Source: Eutreptiella sp. 'Long Island Sound 2002'
Taxonomy: Eukaryota; Protista; Euglenida
Length of the DNA: 64,000 nt
NCBI GenBank assembly: GCA_964036045.1
Contig: OZ038378.1
Coordinates: forward strand, 160,766,001 to 160,830,000
Direction: 5' to 3'
Below are positions 47,020-58,700 of the stretch, one piece after another. The translations under genes were made by a program, and so were the position numbers. Numbering within the stretch: the stretch's first letter is position 1; the number at the start of each line of letters is the position of its first letter. Below the pieces are notes generated by a model. The model was not told the origin of the DNA, did not search any database, and saw only the letters and a list, made by a program, of their open reading frames with translations.

Positions 47020-49775
47020 CTTTTTTTTTCGGAGGGGAGGGGGGGGGGTCATGCGCACCGGTGATCCTACCAGTCCGCGCCATGGTGCCCCGTACGTCAT
47101 AGCGGTGTCCGCCTCGTCCGCCGTTCATCTCCTTGTCAGCCGCTGGTCTCGTTCTTCGCCACCTCCCTCTCTGCTCCTCGCCCGCTTCTACTCCTGCACC
47201 CGCCGTATTCTCCGTACCTTGCGCCGCTTGAGGGGTGGGGCTTGCGATGCGCCGCCGTGCCCCGTCCCCTCGCGCTTCTCCGTCCAGTCGGGCTCCCCCA
47301 CCGCGTCCAGCCGGAGGAGCCGCCTGTAGCGGATCACTTTGCCTTCGACCGCCCTGGTGCGCGCGCACGCCAGCCGCTCCAATCTGGCATCCAGCATCTC
47401 CGCTCGGTACTGCATCCTTTCGTGCAGGTGCTCCACCGCCCGTCGCAGTAACCTCCTGGCCATGTCCTCCGGCGCTGCGTAGTGTGCGGTAAGGGTCGCC
47501 CACATATCACTGCTCACCACCATGTGGAAGAGGGCCCTTCGGTGTGCACCCATCGCGCGTTCCGCCGCTGCCACCCCCTTTTCGCCCCTTTTTCGCCACC
47601 TCACATCCGCCGCCTGTACCATCTGCATGTGAAGGCCCCCCTTAATGTGCGCGTACTCCTGGCAGCCGAGGAAGTGCTCGTACGTCTCCCGGGCCTGCCC
47701 ACAGTGGCACATGCCATACTCCTCCGATACGGCAATCTCTAGGTGCCTGTACCACCGCAGAACCGTGTCCCGCACAGGGACCTGTCCGGTCAGGGCCTGT
47801 AGCCCCCTCGCCTGTAAGTGCTTCGGCAGGTCCTCTGGCTTCAGGGGGTTTGGGTATCGGATGCTGGACACCCCCGCCTTCCCCCGGAGGTATTCGTCCA
47901 CCCACTGCATCCGCGGTCCTCCGCGTTGATGTGCAAGCATATGTACCGGTTGGGGGTACGTGCGGATGTCACCTTTCCTTCGTTCCCCGCCGTGCACCCA
48001 CATGCCCCTCTCTGCTTTTGGTGGGACCAAGACTAGATGCAGGTGTTCCGATGTCGGTGGTGACCGCCATACCGGTTCACCCGTCTTGATCACGCGCCCC
48101 GCTTCGGCATCCGCCTTATGGTTCCCCGTTGAGCACCTGTGGGACTCCTGCTTAACCACATGGATCGTCACCGGGGTATGCCGATCCTCCAACGCCGCCC
48201 AGAGCTCGAACACCTGCGTGGCCTGCCCAGTACCCAGGTATTCATGCATCGGCTTGTCCGCCACCCTACGTAGTGTGGCCATGTCCGCTTCTGCATCCAC
48301 GACCAACCACAGTTCGGTGACCTCCGTTTCCAGCCTCCGCTGCTCGAGTCCCGCGCCGTCCAGGAAGACCACTGCCCTCCGTCAATTCGCCTCCGGCAGC
48401 TTGCATACATCCGCCGGGTAATGGCAGTAGAGCGTGTGTCGGCCCACCGCTTGCCCTTGTGTTCCCCTCTTCACTCCGAGCCCCGGAATCCCCTGCAGAA
48501 CCTTCGGCCCTCCCAGCAGCCCCCACATATCGTCCGTGACTCGTACGGTGTGTTGGCCCTCGGCTCGGCCCTAGACCAGGTATGCATATATCGCCGCCAT
48601 GAGCCACGTCATGCCGTCCGGCAGGCCCCTGGTGAATACGCTGATGCGCTCCCCCGTAGCCGGGCGACACTCGTGCCCCACCTTGCACACCGGGTCCTCC
48701 TCACCCGGACGGCCGGCATCCTCCACTTTGAAGCTGATACCTCCGGCGTCCTGGGGGCGGAGGCCCCCTCTCCGGAAGTGCACCCCCCACTCCCCAGGAC
48801 CCCACGCTCCACCCCACCGTACCGTGCCCCCTGCCTCATCCACACAGCCACCTTCCTCCGCGGCATCGTACTCCGCGCCCGGTCGGAGTACGGGTCTCCA
48901 CCATGCTCGCACCTCCTCCGGCGCCCGCAGGGTGGACTGCGGCATCGCCATCTTCACGAGTTCCAGTACGGGCCACGGCACTCCCGCCCCCGCTTCATCA
49001 CATTTCCAGCATTCCTTTCGCACCCCCTTTCCATCCTTGGAGATGTTGTCCCCCCTGAACTTGTGCTCCTGGACCTGCCACCACCCCTCGCCCGCCACGT
49101 GAATTTGTCCCCTCGGCCCTTTGAGCCGGAGGGGGACGCACAGGAGGTCCGCGTGTCGGGCCCTGCGCAGCGGGGTCAACGGCGCCGTGGGCTGCTCGTC
49201 TCCCCGCTTATCCTCCGTGTCAGTCCAGTTCCGCCACCTACGTCGACTCCACCACCCCCACATGGCGTCCACCTTCCTGTTCCACCGCCCGCGGTCCCCT
49301 CCGCCCTTGCCTCTGTTCATTATCACCCTGAACTCCCGTTTGGGCACCACCTTGCCGCGCCGGATGAACGTCGCGTGGTGTATCCTCGCCCTTGCGAGCA
49401 TGCGGAGGTGTTGTCGGCGTACATGCAGGACCCAAACGCTCTCCCCTTCGAGCTCCACCGTCCGCAACTGTCCTGCCGTTCCTCCTCCCAGGTCTGTCTC
49501 CTGGACCACTAGGGGTCCTTTCTGCCGACACCTCCTGTTCACTGCCAGCATGTGTTCCCCTCCCGGAAGCACAGCCTGGAGTGTGCCCCACATCCGCTCA
49601 CCTCTGCTGCCCAGCCGCCACTTCCTCCTCCACACCCACTCCGGGCACATATTCTCCTCCTTCTGCACCCTGACCACCGAATGCCAACACACGCGTCTCA
49701 CCTCCCACACCTGGTTGTGACACATGCGGTTGAGCGCCATCGCCGTATGGGCCCGGTACGCCTCCCCGGCTCCCG
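47020..49775 (-). mobile_element. 5'-truncated non-LTR retrotransposon ORF2 with RNase H and C-terminal Cys/His finger
   Basis: ORFs 48571-49836 and 47188-48372 are in the same frame (two stops). RNase H C-terminal motif VVKQESHRCSTGNHKADAEA (~48100-48160) and finger CHCGQARETYEHFLGC (47661-47709). RT domain absent; cut off by the satellite. Confidence 0.8.
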
Positions 49776-52700
49776 AGTGGGACCAAGTGGAAACAGGTGG
49801 GGAAAGCTGGGGAAAATTGGGACTAAGTGGGACCAAGTGGAAACAGGTGGGAAATGTTGGGAAAAAATGGAACTAAGTGGGACCAAGTGGAAACAGGTGG
49901 GGAAAACTGGGAAAAATTGGGACTAAGTGGGACCAAGTGGAAACGGGTGGGGAAAGCTTGGAAAAATCGGGACTAAGTTGGACCCACTGGAAACAGGTGG
50001 GGAAAGCTGGCGAAAATTGCAACCACGTGGGACCAAGTGGAAACAGGTGGGGAAAACTGGGAAAAATTGGGATCAAGTGGGACCAAGTGGAAACAGGTGG
50101 GGAAAACTGGGGAAAATTGGGACTAAGTTGGACCAAGTGGAAACAGGTGGGGAAAACTGGGGAAAATTGGGACCAAGTGGGACCAAGTGGAATCAGGTGG
50201 GGAATACTGAGAAAAAATAGGACTAAGTGGGACCAAGTGGAAACATGTGGGGAAAACTGGGAAAAATTGGGACTAAGTGGGACCAAGTGGAAACAGTTGG
50301 CAAAAAGCTGGGAAAAATTGGGACAAAGTGGGACCAAGTGGAAACAGGTGAAGAAAACTTGGAAAAATTGGGACTAAGTGGGACCAAGTGGAAACAGGTG
50401 GGGAAAACTGGGGAAAATTGGGAGTAAGTGGGACCAAGTGGAAACAGGTGCAGAAAAATGGGGAAAATTGGGACTAAGTGGGACCAAGTGGAAACAAGTG
50501 GGGAAAGCTGGGAAAAATTGGGACTAAGTGGGACCAAGTGGAAACCGGTGGGGAAAACTGGGAAAATGGGGACTAAGTGGGACCAAGTGGAAACAGGTGG
50601 GGAAAATTGGGGAAAATTGGGACTAAGTGGGACCAAGTGGAACCAGGTGGGGAAAACTGGCAAAAATTGCGACTAAGTGGGACCAAGTGGAAACATGTGG
50701 GGAAAACTGGGAAAAATTGGGACTGAGTCGGACCAATTGGAAACAGGTGAGGAAAACTGGGAAAAATTGGGACTAAGTTGGACCAAGTGGAAACAGATGG
50801 GGAGAACTGGGAAAAATTGGGACTAAGTGGGACCAAGTGGAAACATGTGGGGAAAACTCGGGAAAATTGGGACTAAGTGGGACCAAGTGGAAACGGGTGG
50901 GGAAAACTTGGAAAAATTGGGACTAAGTGGGACCAAGTGGAAACAGGTGGGGAAAACTGGGGAAAATTGGGACTAAGTGGGACCAAGTGGAAACAGGTGG
51001 GGAAGACTGGGAAAAATTGGGACTAAGTGGTACCAAGTGGAAACATGTGGGGAAAACTGGGGAAAATTGGGACCAAGTGGGACCAAGTGGAAACAGGTGG
51101 GGAAAACTTGGAAAAATTGGGACTAAGTGGGACCAAGTGGAAACAGGTGGGCAAAACTGGGGAAAATTGGGACCAAGTGGGACCAAGTGGAAACAGCTGG
51201 GGAAAACTGGGGAAAATTGGGACTAAGTGGGACCAAGTGGAAACAGGTGGGGAAAACTGGGGAAAATTGGGACTAAGTGGGACCAAGTCGAAACAGGTGG
51301 GGAAAACTGGGAAACATTGGGACTAAGTGGGACCAAGTGGAAACAGGTGGGGAAAACTGGGAAAAATTGGGACCTGGTGGGACCAAGTGGAAACAGGTGG
51401 GGAAAACTGGGAAAATTGGGACCAAGTGGAACCAAGTGGAAACAGGTGGGGAAAACTGGGGAAAATTGGGACTGAGTGGGACCAAGTCGCAACAGGTGGG
51501 GAAAACTGGGAAAAATTGTGACTACGTTGGACCAAGTGGAAACAGGTGGGGAAAACTGAGGAAAATTGGGACCAAGTGGGACCAAGTGGAAACAGGTGGG
51601 GAAAACTGGGAAAAATTGGGACTAAGTGGGACCAAGTGGAAACAAGTGGGGAAAAGTGGGAAAAATTGGGACTAAGTGGGACCAAGTGGAAACAGGTGGG
51701 GAAAATTGAATTGGGACTAAGTGGGACCAAGTGGAAACAGGTGGGGAAAGCTGGGAAAAATTGGGACTAAGTGGGACCAAGTGGAAACAGGTGGGGAAAA
51801 CTGGGAAAAATTGGGACTAAGTGGGACCAAGTGGAAACAGGTGGGGAAAACTGCGAAAAATTGGGACTAAGGTGGACCAAGTGGAAAAAGATGGGGAAAA
51901 CTTGGAAAAATTGGGACTAAATGGGACCAAGTGGAAACAGGGGGAAAACTGGGAAAAAATGAAACTAAGTTGGACCAAGTGGAAACAGGTGGGGAAAACT
52001 GGGGAAAATTGGGATCAAGTGGGACCAAGTGGAAACGGGTGGGGAAAACTGGGAAAAATTGGGACTAAGTGGGACCAAGTGGAAACAGGTGGGGAAAACT
52101 GGGGAAAATTGGGACTAAGTGGGACCAAGTGGAAACAGGTGCAGAAAAATGGGGAAAATTGGGACTAAGTGGGACCAAGTGGAAACAAGTGGGGAAAACT
52201 GGGAAAAATTGGGACTAAGTGGGACCAAGTGGAAACCGGTGGGGAAAACTGGGAAAATGGGGACTAAGTGGGACCAAGTGGAGACAGGTGGGGAAAATTG
52301 GAGAAAATTGGGACTAAGTGGGACCAAGTGGAAACAGGTGGGGAAAACTGGGAAAAATTGCGAAGAAGTGGGACCAAGTGGAAACATGTGGGGAAAACTG
52401 GGAAAAATTGGGACTGAGTCGGACCAAGTGGAAACAGGTGAGGAAAACTGGGAAAAATTGGGACTAAGTTGAACCAAGTGGAAACGGATGGGGAAAACTG
52501 GGATTAATTTGGACTAAGTTGGACCAAGTGGAAACATGTGGGGAAAACTGGGGAAAATTGGGACCAAGTGGGACCAAGTGGAAACAGCTGGGGAAAACTT
52601 GGAAAAATTGGGACTAAGTGGGACCAAGTGGAAACAGGTGGGGAAAACTGGGGAAAATTGGGACTAAGTGGGACCAAGTGGAAACAGGTGGGGAAGATTG

Positions 52701-55700
52701 GGAAAAATTGGGACTAAGTGGTACCAAGTGGAAACATGTGGGGAAAACTGGGGAAAATTGGGACCAAGTGGGACCAAGTGGAAACAGGTGGGGAAAACTT
52801 GGAAAAATTGGGACTAAGTGGGACCAAGTGGAAACGGGTGGGGAAAACTGGGGAAAATTGGGACCAAGTGGGACCAAGTGGAAACAGGTGGGGAAAACTG
52901 GGAAAAATTGGGACTAAGTGGGACCAAGTGGAAACAGGTGGGGAAAATTGGGAAAAATTGGGACTAAGTTGGACCAAGTGGAAACAGGTGGGGAAAACTG
53001 GGAAAAATTGGGACTAAGTGGGACCAAGTGCAAACAGGTGGGGAAAACTGGGGAAAATTGGGACTAAGTGGGACCAAGTCGAAACAGGTGGGGAAAACTG
53101 GGAAACATTGGGACTAAGTGGGACCAAGTGGAAACAGGTGGGGAAAACTGGGAAAAATTGGGACCAAGTGGGACCAAGTGGAAACAGGTGGGGAAAATTG
53201 GGAAAAATTGGGACTAAGTTGGACCAAGTGGAAACAGGTGGGGAAAACTGGGAAAAATTGGGACTAAGTGGGACCAAGTGCAAACAGGTAGGGAAAACTG
53301 GGGAAAATTGGGACTAAGTGGGACCAAGTCGAAACAGGTGGGGAAAACTGGGAAACATTGGGACTAAGTGGGACCAAGTGGAAACAGGTGGGAAAACTGG
53401 GGAAAATTGGGACCAAGTGGGACCAAGTGGAAACAGGTGGGGAAAACTGGGGAAAATTGGGACTAAGTGGGACCAGGTGGAAACAGGTGGGGAAAACTAG
53501 GGAAAATTGGGACTAAGTGGGACCAAGTGGAAACAGGTGGGGAAAACTGGAAAAATTGGGACCAAGTGGGACCAAGTGGAAACAGGTGGGGAAAACTGGA
53601 GAAAATTGGGACTAAGTGGCACCAAGTGGAAACAGGTGGGGAAAACTGGGGAAAATTGGGACTAAGTGGGACCAAGTGGAAACAGATAAGGAAAACTGGG
53701 GAAAATGGGGACTAAGTGGGACCAAGTGGAAACAGGTGGGGAAAGCTGGGAAAAATTGGGACTAAGTGGGACCAAGTGGAAACAGGTGGGGAAAACTGGG
53801 AAAAATTGGGACTAAGTGGGAGCAAGTGCAAGCAGGTGGGGAAAACTGGGAAAAATTGGGACTAAGTGGGACCAAGTGGAAACAGGTGGGGAAAAGTGGG
53901 AAAAATTGGGACTAAGTGGGACCAAGTGCAAACAGGTGGGGAAAACTGGGTAAAATTGGGACCAAATGGGACCAAGTGGAAACAGGTGGGGAAAACTGGG
54001 GAAAATTGGAACTAAGTGGGACCAAGTGGAAACAGGTGGGGAAAACTGGGGAAAATTGGGATTAAGTGGGACCAAGTCGAAACAGGTGGGGAAAACTGGG
54101 AAAAATTGGGACTAAGTGGGACCAAGTGGAAACAGGTGGGGAAAACTGGTAAAAATTGGGACGAAGTGGGACCAACCGGAAACAGGTGGGGAAAACTGGG
54201 AAAAATTGGGACTAAGTTGGACCAAGTGGAAACAGATGGGGAAAACTGGGAAAAATTCAGACTAAGTGGGACCAAGTGGAAACATGTGGGGAAAACTGGG
54301 GAAAAGTGTGACTAAGTGGGACCAAGTGGAAACAGGTGGGGAAAGCTGTGAAAAATTGGGACTAAGTGGGACCAAGTGGAAACAGGTGGGGAAAACTGGG
54401 AAAAATTGGGACTAAGTGGGACCAAGTGGAAACAGGTGGGGAAGATTGGGAGAAATTGGGACTCAGTGGGACCAAGTGGAAACGGGTGGGGAAAGGTGGG
54501 AAAAATTGGGACTAAGTGGGACCAAGTGGGTACAGGTGGGGAAAGCTGGGAAAAATTGGGACTAAGTGGGACCAGTTGGAAATAGGTGGGGAAAACCGGG
54601 AAAAATTGGGACTAAGTTGGACCAAGTGGAAACAGGTGGGGAAACCTGGGCAAAATTGGGACTAATTGGGACCAAGTGGAAACAGGTGGGGAAAACTGGG
54701 AAAATTGGGAATAAGTGGGACCAAGTGGAAACAGGTGGGGAAAACTTGGAAAAACGGGGACTAAGTGGGACCAAGTGGAAACAGGTGGGGAAAACTGGGA
54801 AAAATTGGGACTAAGTGGGACCAAGTGGAAACAGGTGGGTAGAACTGGGAAAAATTGGGACTAAGTGGGACCAAGTGGAAAACGGGTGGGGAAAACTTGG
54901 AAAAATTGGGAGTAAGTGGGACCAAGTGGAAACAGGTGGGGAAAACTGGGACCAATTGGGACTAAGTGGGACCAAGTGGAAACAGGTGGGGAAAACTGGG
55001 TAAAATTGGGACTAAGTGGGACCAAGTGGAAACGGGTGGGGAAAACTTGGAAAAATTGGGACTAAGTTGGACCAAGTGGAAACAGGTGGGGAAAACTGGG
55101 AAAAATTTCTCCTAGTTTTCCCCACCTGTTTCCACTTGGTCCGACTTTTTCCCGGTTTTCCCCACCTGTTTCCACTTGGTCCCACTTAGTCCCAATTTTT
55201 CCCAGTTTTCCCCACCTGTTTCCACTTGGTCCCACTCAGTCCCAATTTTTCCCAGTTTTCCCCACCTGTTTCCACTTGGTCCAACTTAGTCCCAATTTTT
55301 CCCACTTTTCCCCACCTGTTTCCACTTGGTCCAACTTAGTCCCAATTTTTCCCAGCTTTCCCCACCCATTTCCACTTGGTCCCACTTAGTCCCAATTTTT
55401 CCCAGTTTTCCCCACGTGTTTCCACTTGGTCCCACTTAGTCCTAATTTTCCCCAGTTTTCCCCACCTGTTTCCACTTGGTCCCGCTTGGTCCCAATTTTT
55501 GCCAGTTTTGACCAACTGTTTCCACTTGGTCCCAATTAGTCCCAATGTTTCCCAGTTTTCCCCACCTGTTTCGACTTGGTCCCACTTAGTCCCAATTTTT
55601 CCCAGTTTTCCCCACATGTTTCCACTTGGTCCCACTTAGTCCCAATTTTCTGCAGTTTTCCCCACCTGTTTCCACTTGGTCCCACTTAGTCCCAATTTTC

Positions 55701-58700
55701 CCCAGTTTTCCCCACCTTTTTCCACTTGGTCCCACTTAGTCCCAATTTTTCCAAGTTTTCCCCACCTGTTTCCACTTGGTCCCACTTGGTCCCAACTTTT
55801 GCAGGTTTTCCCCACCTGTTTCCAACTGGTCCCACTTAGTTCCAATTTTTCCCAGCTTTCCCCACCTGTTTCCACTTGGTCCCACTTAGTCCCAATTTTT
55901 CCCAGCTTTCCCCACCTGTTTCCACTTGGTCCCACTTAGTCTCAATTTCTCCCAATTTTCCCCACCTGTTTCCACTTGGTCCCACTTAGTCCCAATGTTT
56001 CCGAGTGTTCCCCACCTGTTTCCACTTGGTCCCACTTACTCCCAATTTTTCCAAGTTTTCCCCACCCGTTTCCACTTGGTCCCACTTAGTCCCAATTTTT
56101 CCCAGTTTTACCCACCTGTTTCCACTTGGTCCCACTTAGTCCCAATTTTTCCCAGTTTTCCCCACCTGTTTCCACTTGGTCCCACTTAGTCCCCGTTTTT
56201 CCCAGTTTTCCCCACCTGTTTCCACTTGGTCCCACTTATTTCCAATTTTACCCAGTTTTCCCCACCTGTTTCCACTTGGTCCCAATTTGTCCCAATTTTT
56301 CCCAGTTTTCCCCACCTGTTTCCGCTTGGTCCCAATTAGTCCCAATTTTGCCCAGGTTTCCCCACCTGTTTCCACTTGGTCCCACTTGGTCCCAATTTTT
56401 CCCGGTTTTCCCCACCTGTTTCCAACTGGTCCCACTTAGTCCCAATTTTTCCCAGCTTTCCCCACCTGTTTCCACTTGGTCCCACTTAGTCCCAATTTTT
56501 CCCACCTTTCCCCACCCGTTTCCACTTGGTCCCACTTAGTCCCAATTTCTCCCAGTTTTCCCCACCTGTTTCCACTTGGTCCCACTTAGTCCCAATTTTT
56601 CACAGCTTTCCCCACCTGTTTCCACTTGGTCCCACTTAGTCACAATTTCCCCCAGTTTTCCCCACATGTTTCCACTTGGTCCCACTTAGTCTGAATTTTT
56701 CGCAGTTTTCCCCATCTGTTTCCACTTGGTCCAACTTAGTCCCAATTTTTCCTAGTTTTCCCCACCTGTTTCCGGTTGGTCCCACTTAGTCCCAATTTTT
56801 CCCAGTTTTCCCCACCTGTTTCCACTTGGTCTCACTCAGTCCCAATTTTTCCCAGCTTTCCCCACCTGTTTCCACTTGGTCCCACTTGGTCCCACGTTTT
56901 CCCAGTTTTCCCCACCTGTTTCCACCTGGTCCAACTTAGTCCCAATTTTTCCAGTTTTCCCACCTGTTTCCACTTGGTCCCACTTGGTCCCAATTTTCCC
57001 CAGTTTTCCCCACCTGCTTCGACTTGGTCCCACTTAGTCCCAATTTTCCCCAGTTTTCCCCACCTGTTTCCACTTGGTCCCACTTAGTTCCAATTTTCCC
57101 CAGTTTTCCCCACCTGTTTCCACTTGGTCCCACTTTGTCCCAATTTTTCCTAGTTTGCCCCACCTGTTTCCACTTGGTCCCACATAGTCCCAATTTTGCC
57201 CAATTTTCCCCACCTGTTTCCACTTGGTCCAAGTTAGTCCCAATTTTTGCCAGTTTTGACCAACTGTTTCCACTTTGTCCCACTTAGTCCCAATTTTTCC
57301 CAGTTTCCCCACCTGTTTCCACTTGGTGCCACGTAGTCCCAATTTTTCCCAGTTTTCCCCACCTGTTTCCACTTCGTCCCACTTAGTCCCCGTTTTTCCC
57401 TGTTTTCCCCACCTGTTTCCACTTGCTCCCACTTAGTCCCGATTTTCCCCAGTTTTCCCCACCTGTTTCCACTTGGTTCCACTTGGTCCCAATTTTCTCC
57501 CGGTTTTTCCCCACCTGTTTCCACTTGGTCCCACTTAGTCCCAATTTTTCCCAGGTTTCCCCACCTGTTTCCACTTGGTCCCACTTGGTCCCAATTTTTC
57601 CCAGTTTTCCCCACCTGTTTCCACTTGGTCCCACTTAGTCCGAATTTTTCCCAGCTTTCCCCACATGTTTCCACTTGGTCCCACTTAGTCCCAACTTTTC
57701 CCAGTTTTCCCCACCTGTTTCCACTTGGTCCCACTTAGTTCCAATTTTCCCCAGTTTTCCCCACCTGTTTCCACTTGGTCCCACTTGGTCCCAATTTTTC
57801 CCACTTTTTCCCACCTGTTTCCACTGGGTCCCACTTAGTCCCAATTTTTCCCAGCTTTCCCCACCTGTTTCCACTTGGTCCAACTTAGTCTCAATTTTCC
57901 CCAGTTTGTGGGGAAAACTGGGAAAAATTGGGACCAAGTGGGACCAAGTGGAAACAGGTGGGGAAAACTGGGAAAAATTGGGACCAAGTGGGACCAAGTG
58001 GAAACAGGTGGGGAAAACTGGGAAAAATTGGGACCAAGTGGGACCAAGTGGAAACAGGTGCAGAAAACTAGGAAAAATTAGGACCAAGTGGGACCAAGTG
58101 GAAACAGGTGGGGAAAATTGGGGAAAATTGGGACTAAGTGGGACCAAGTGGAAACAGGTGGGGAAAACTGGGAAAAGTTGGGACTAAGTGGGACCAAGTG
58201 GAAAGAGGTGGGGAAAGCTGGGAAAATTTGGGACCAAGTGGGACCAAGTGGAAACAGGTGGGAAAACTGGGAAAAATTTGGACTAAGTGGGACCAAGTGG
58301 AAACAGGTGCGGAAACTTGGGGAAAATTGGGACTAAGTGGGACCAAGTGGAAACAGATGGGGAAAACTGGGAAAAATTGGGACTGAGTAAAAATTGGGAC
58401 CAAGTGGGACCAAGTGGAAACAGGTGGGGAAAATTGGGGAAAATTGGGACTAAGTGGGACAAAGTGGAAAGAGGTGGGGAAAACTGGGAAAAATTGGGAC
58501 TAAGTGGGACCAAGTGGAAACAGGTGGGGAAAGCTGGGAAAAATTGGGACCAAGTGGGACCAAGTGGAAACAGGTGGGGAAAACTGGGAAAAATTGGGAC
58601 TAAGTGGGACCAAGCGGAAACAGGTGCGGAAACTTGGGAAAAATTGGGACTAAGTGGGACCAAGTGGAAACAGGTGGGGAAAACTGGAGAAAATTGGGAC

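Noticed and set aside
1943-48573. Alternative genetic code with reassigned stops (Blastocrithidia-like)
   Set aside because: In-frame stops occur only in transposon or pseudogene frames; the apparent host exons and the Trp-rich YR ORF use TGG and have no internal stops. Kept only as a minor alternative in the findings.
38517-49775. Long plus-strand Pro/Ser/Arg-rich ORFs (e.g. 41754-42848, 45338-46639, 48421-49512)
   Set aside because: Antisense shadows of GC-rich minus-strand retroelement sequence; no recognisable motifs.
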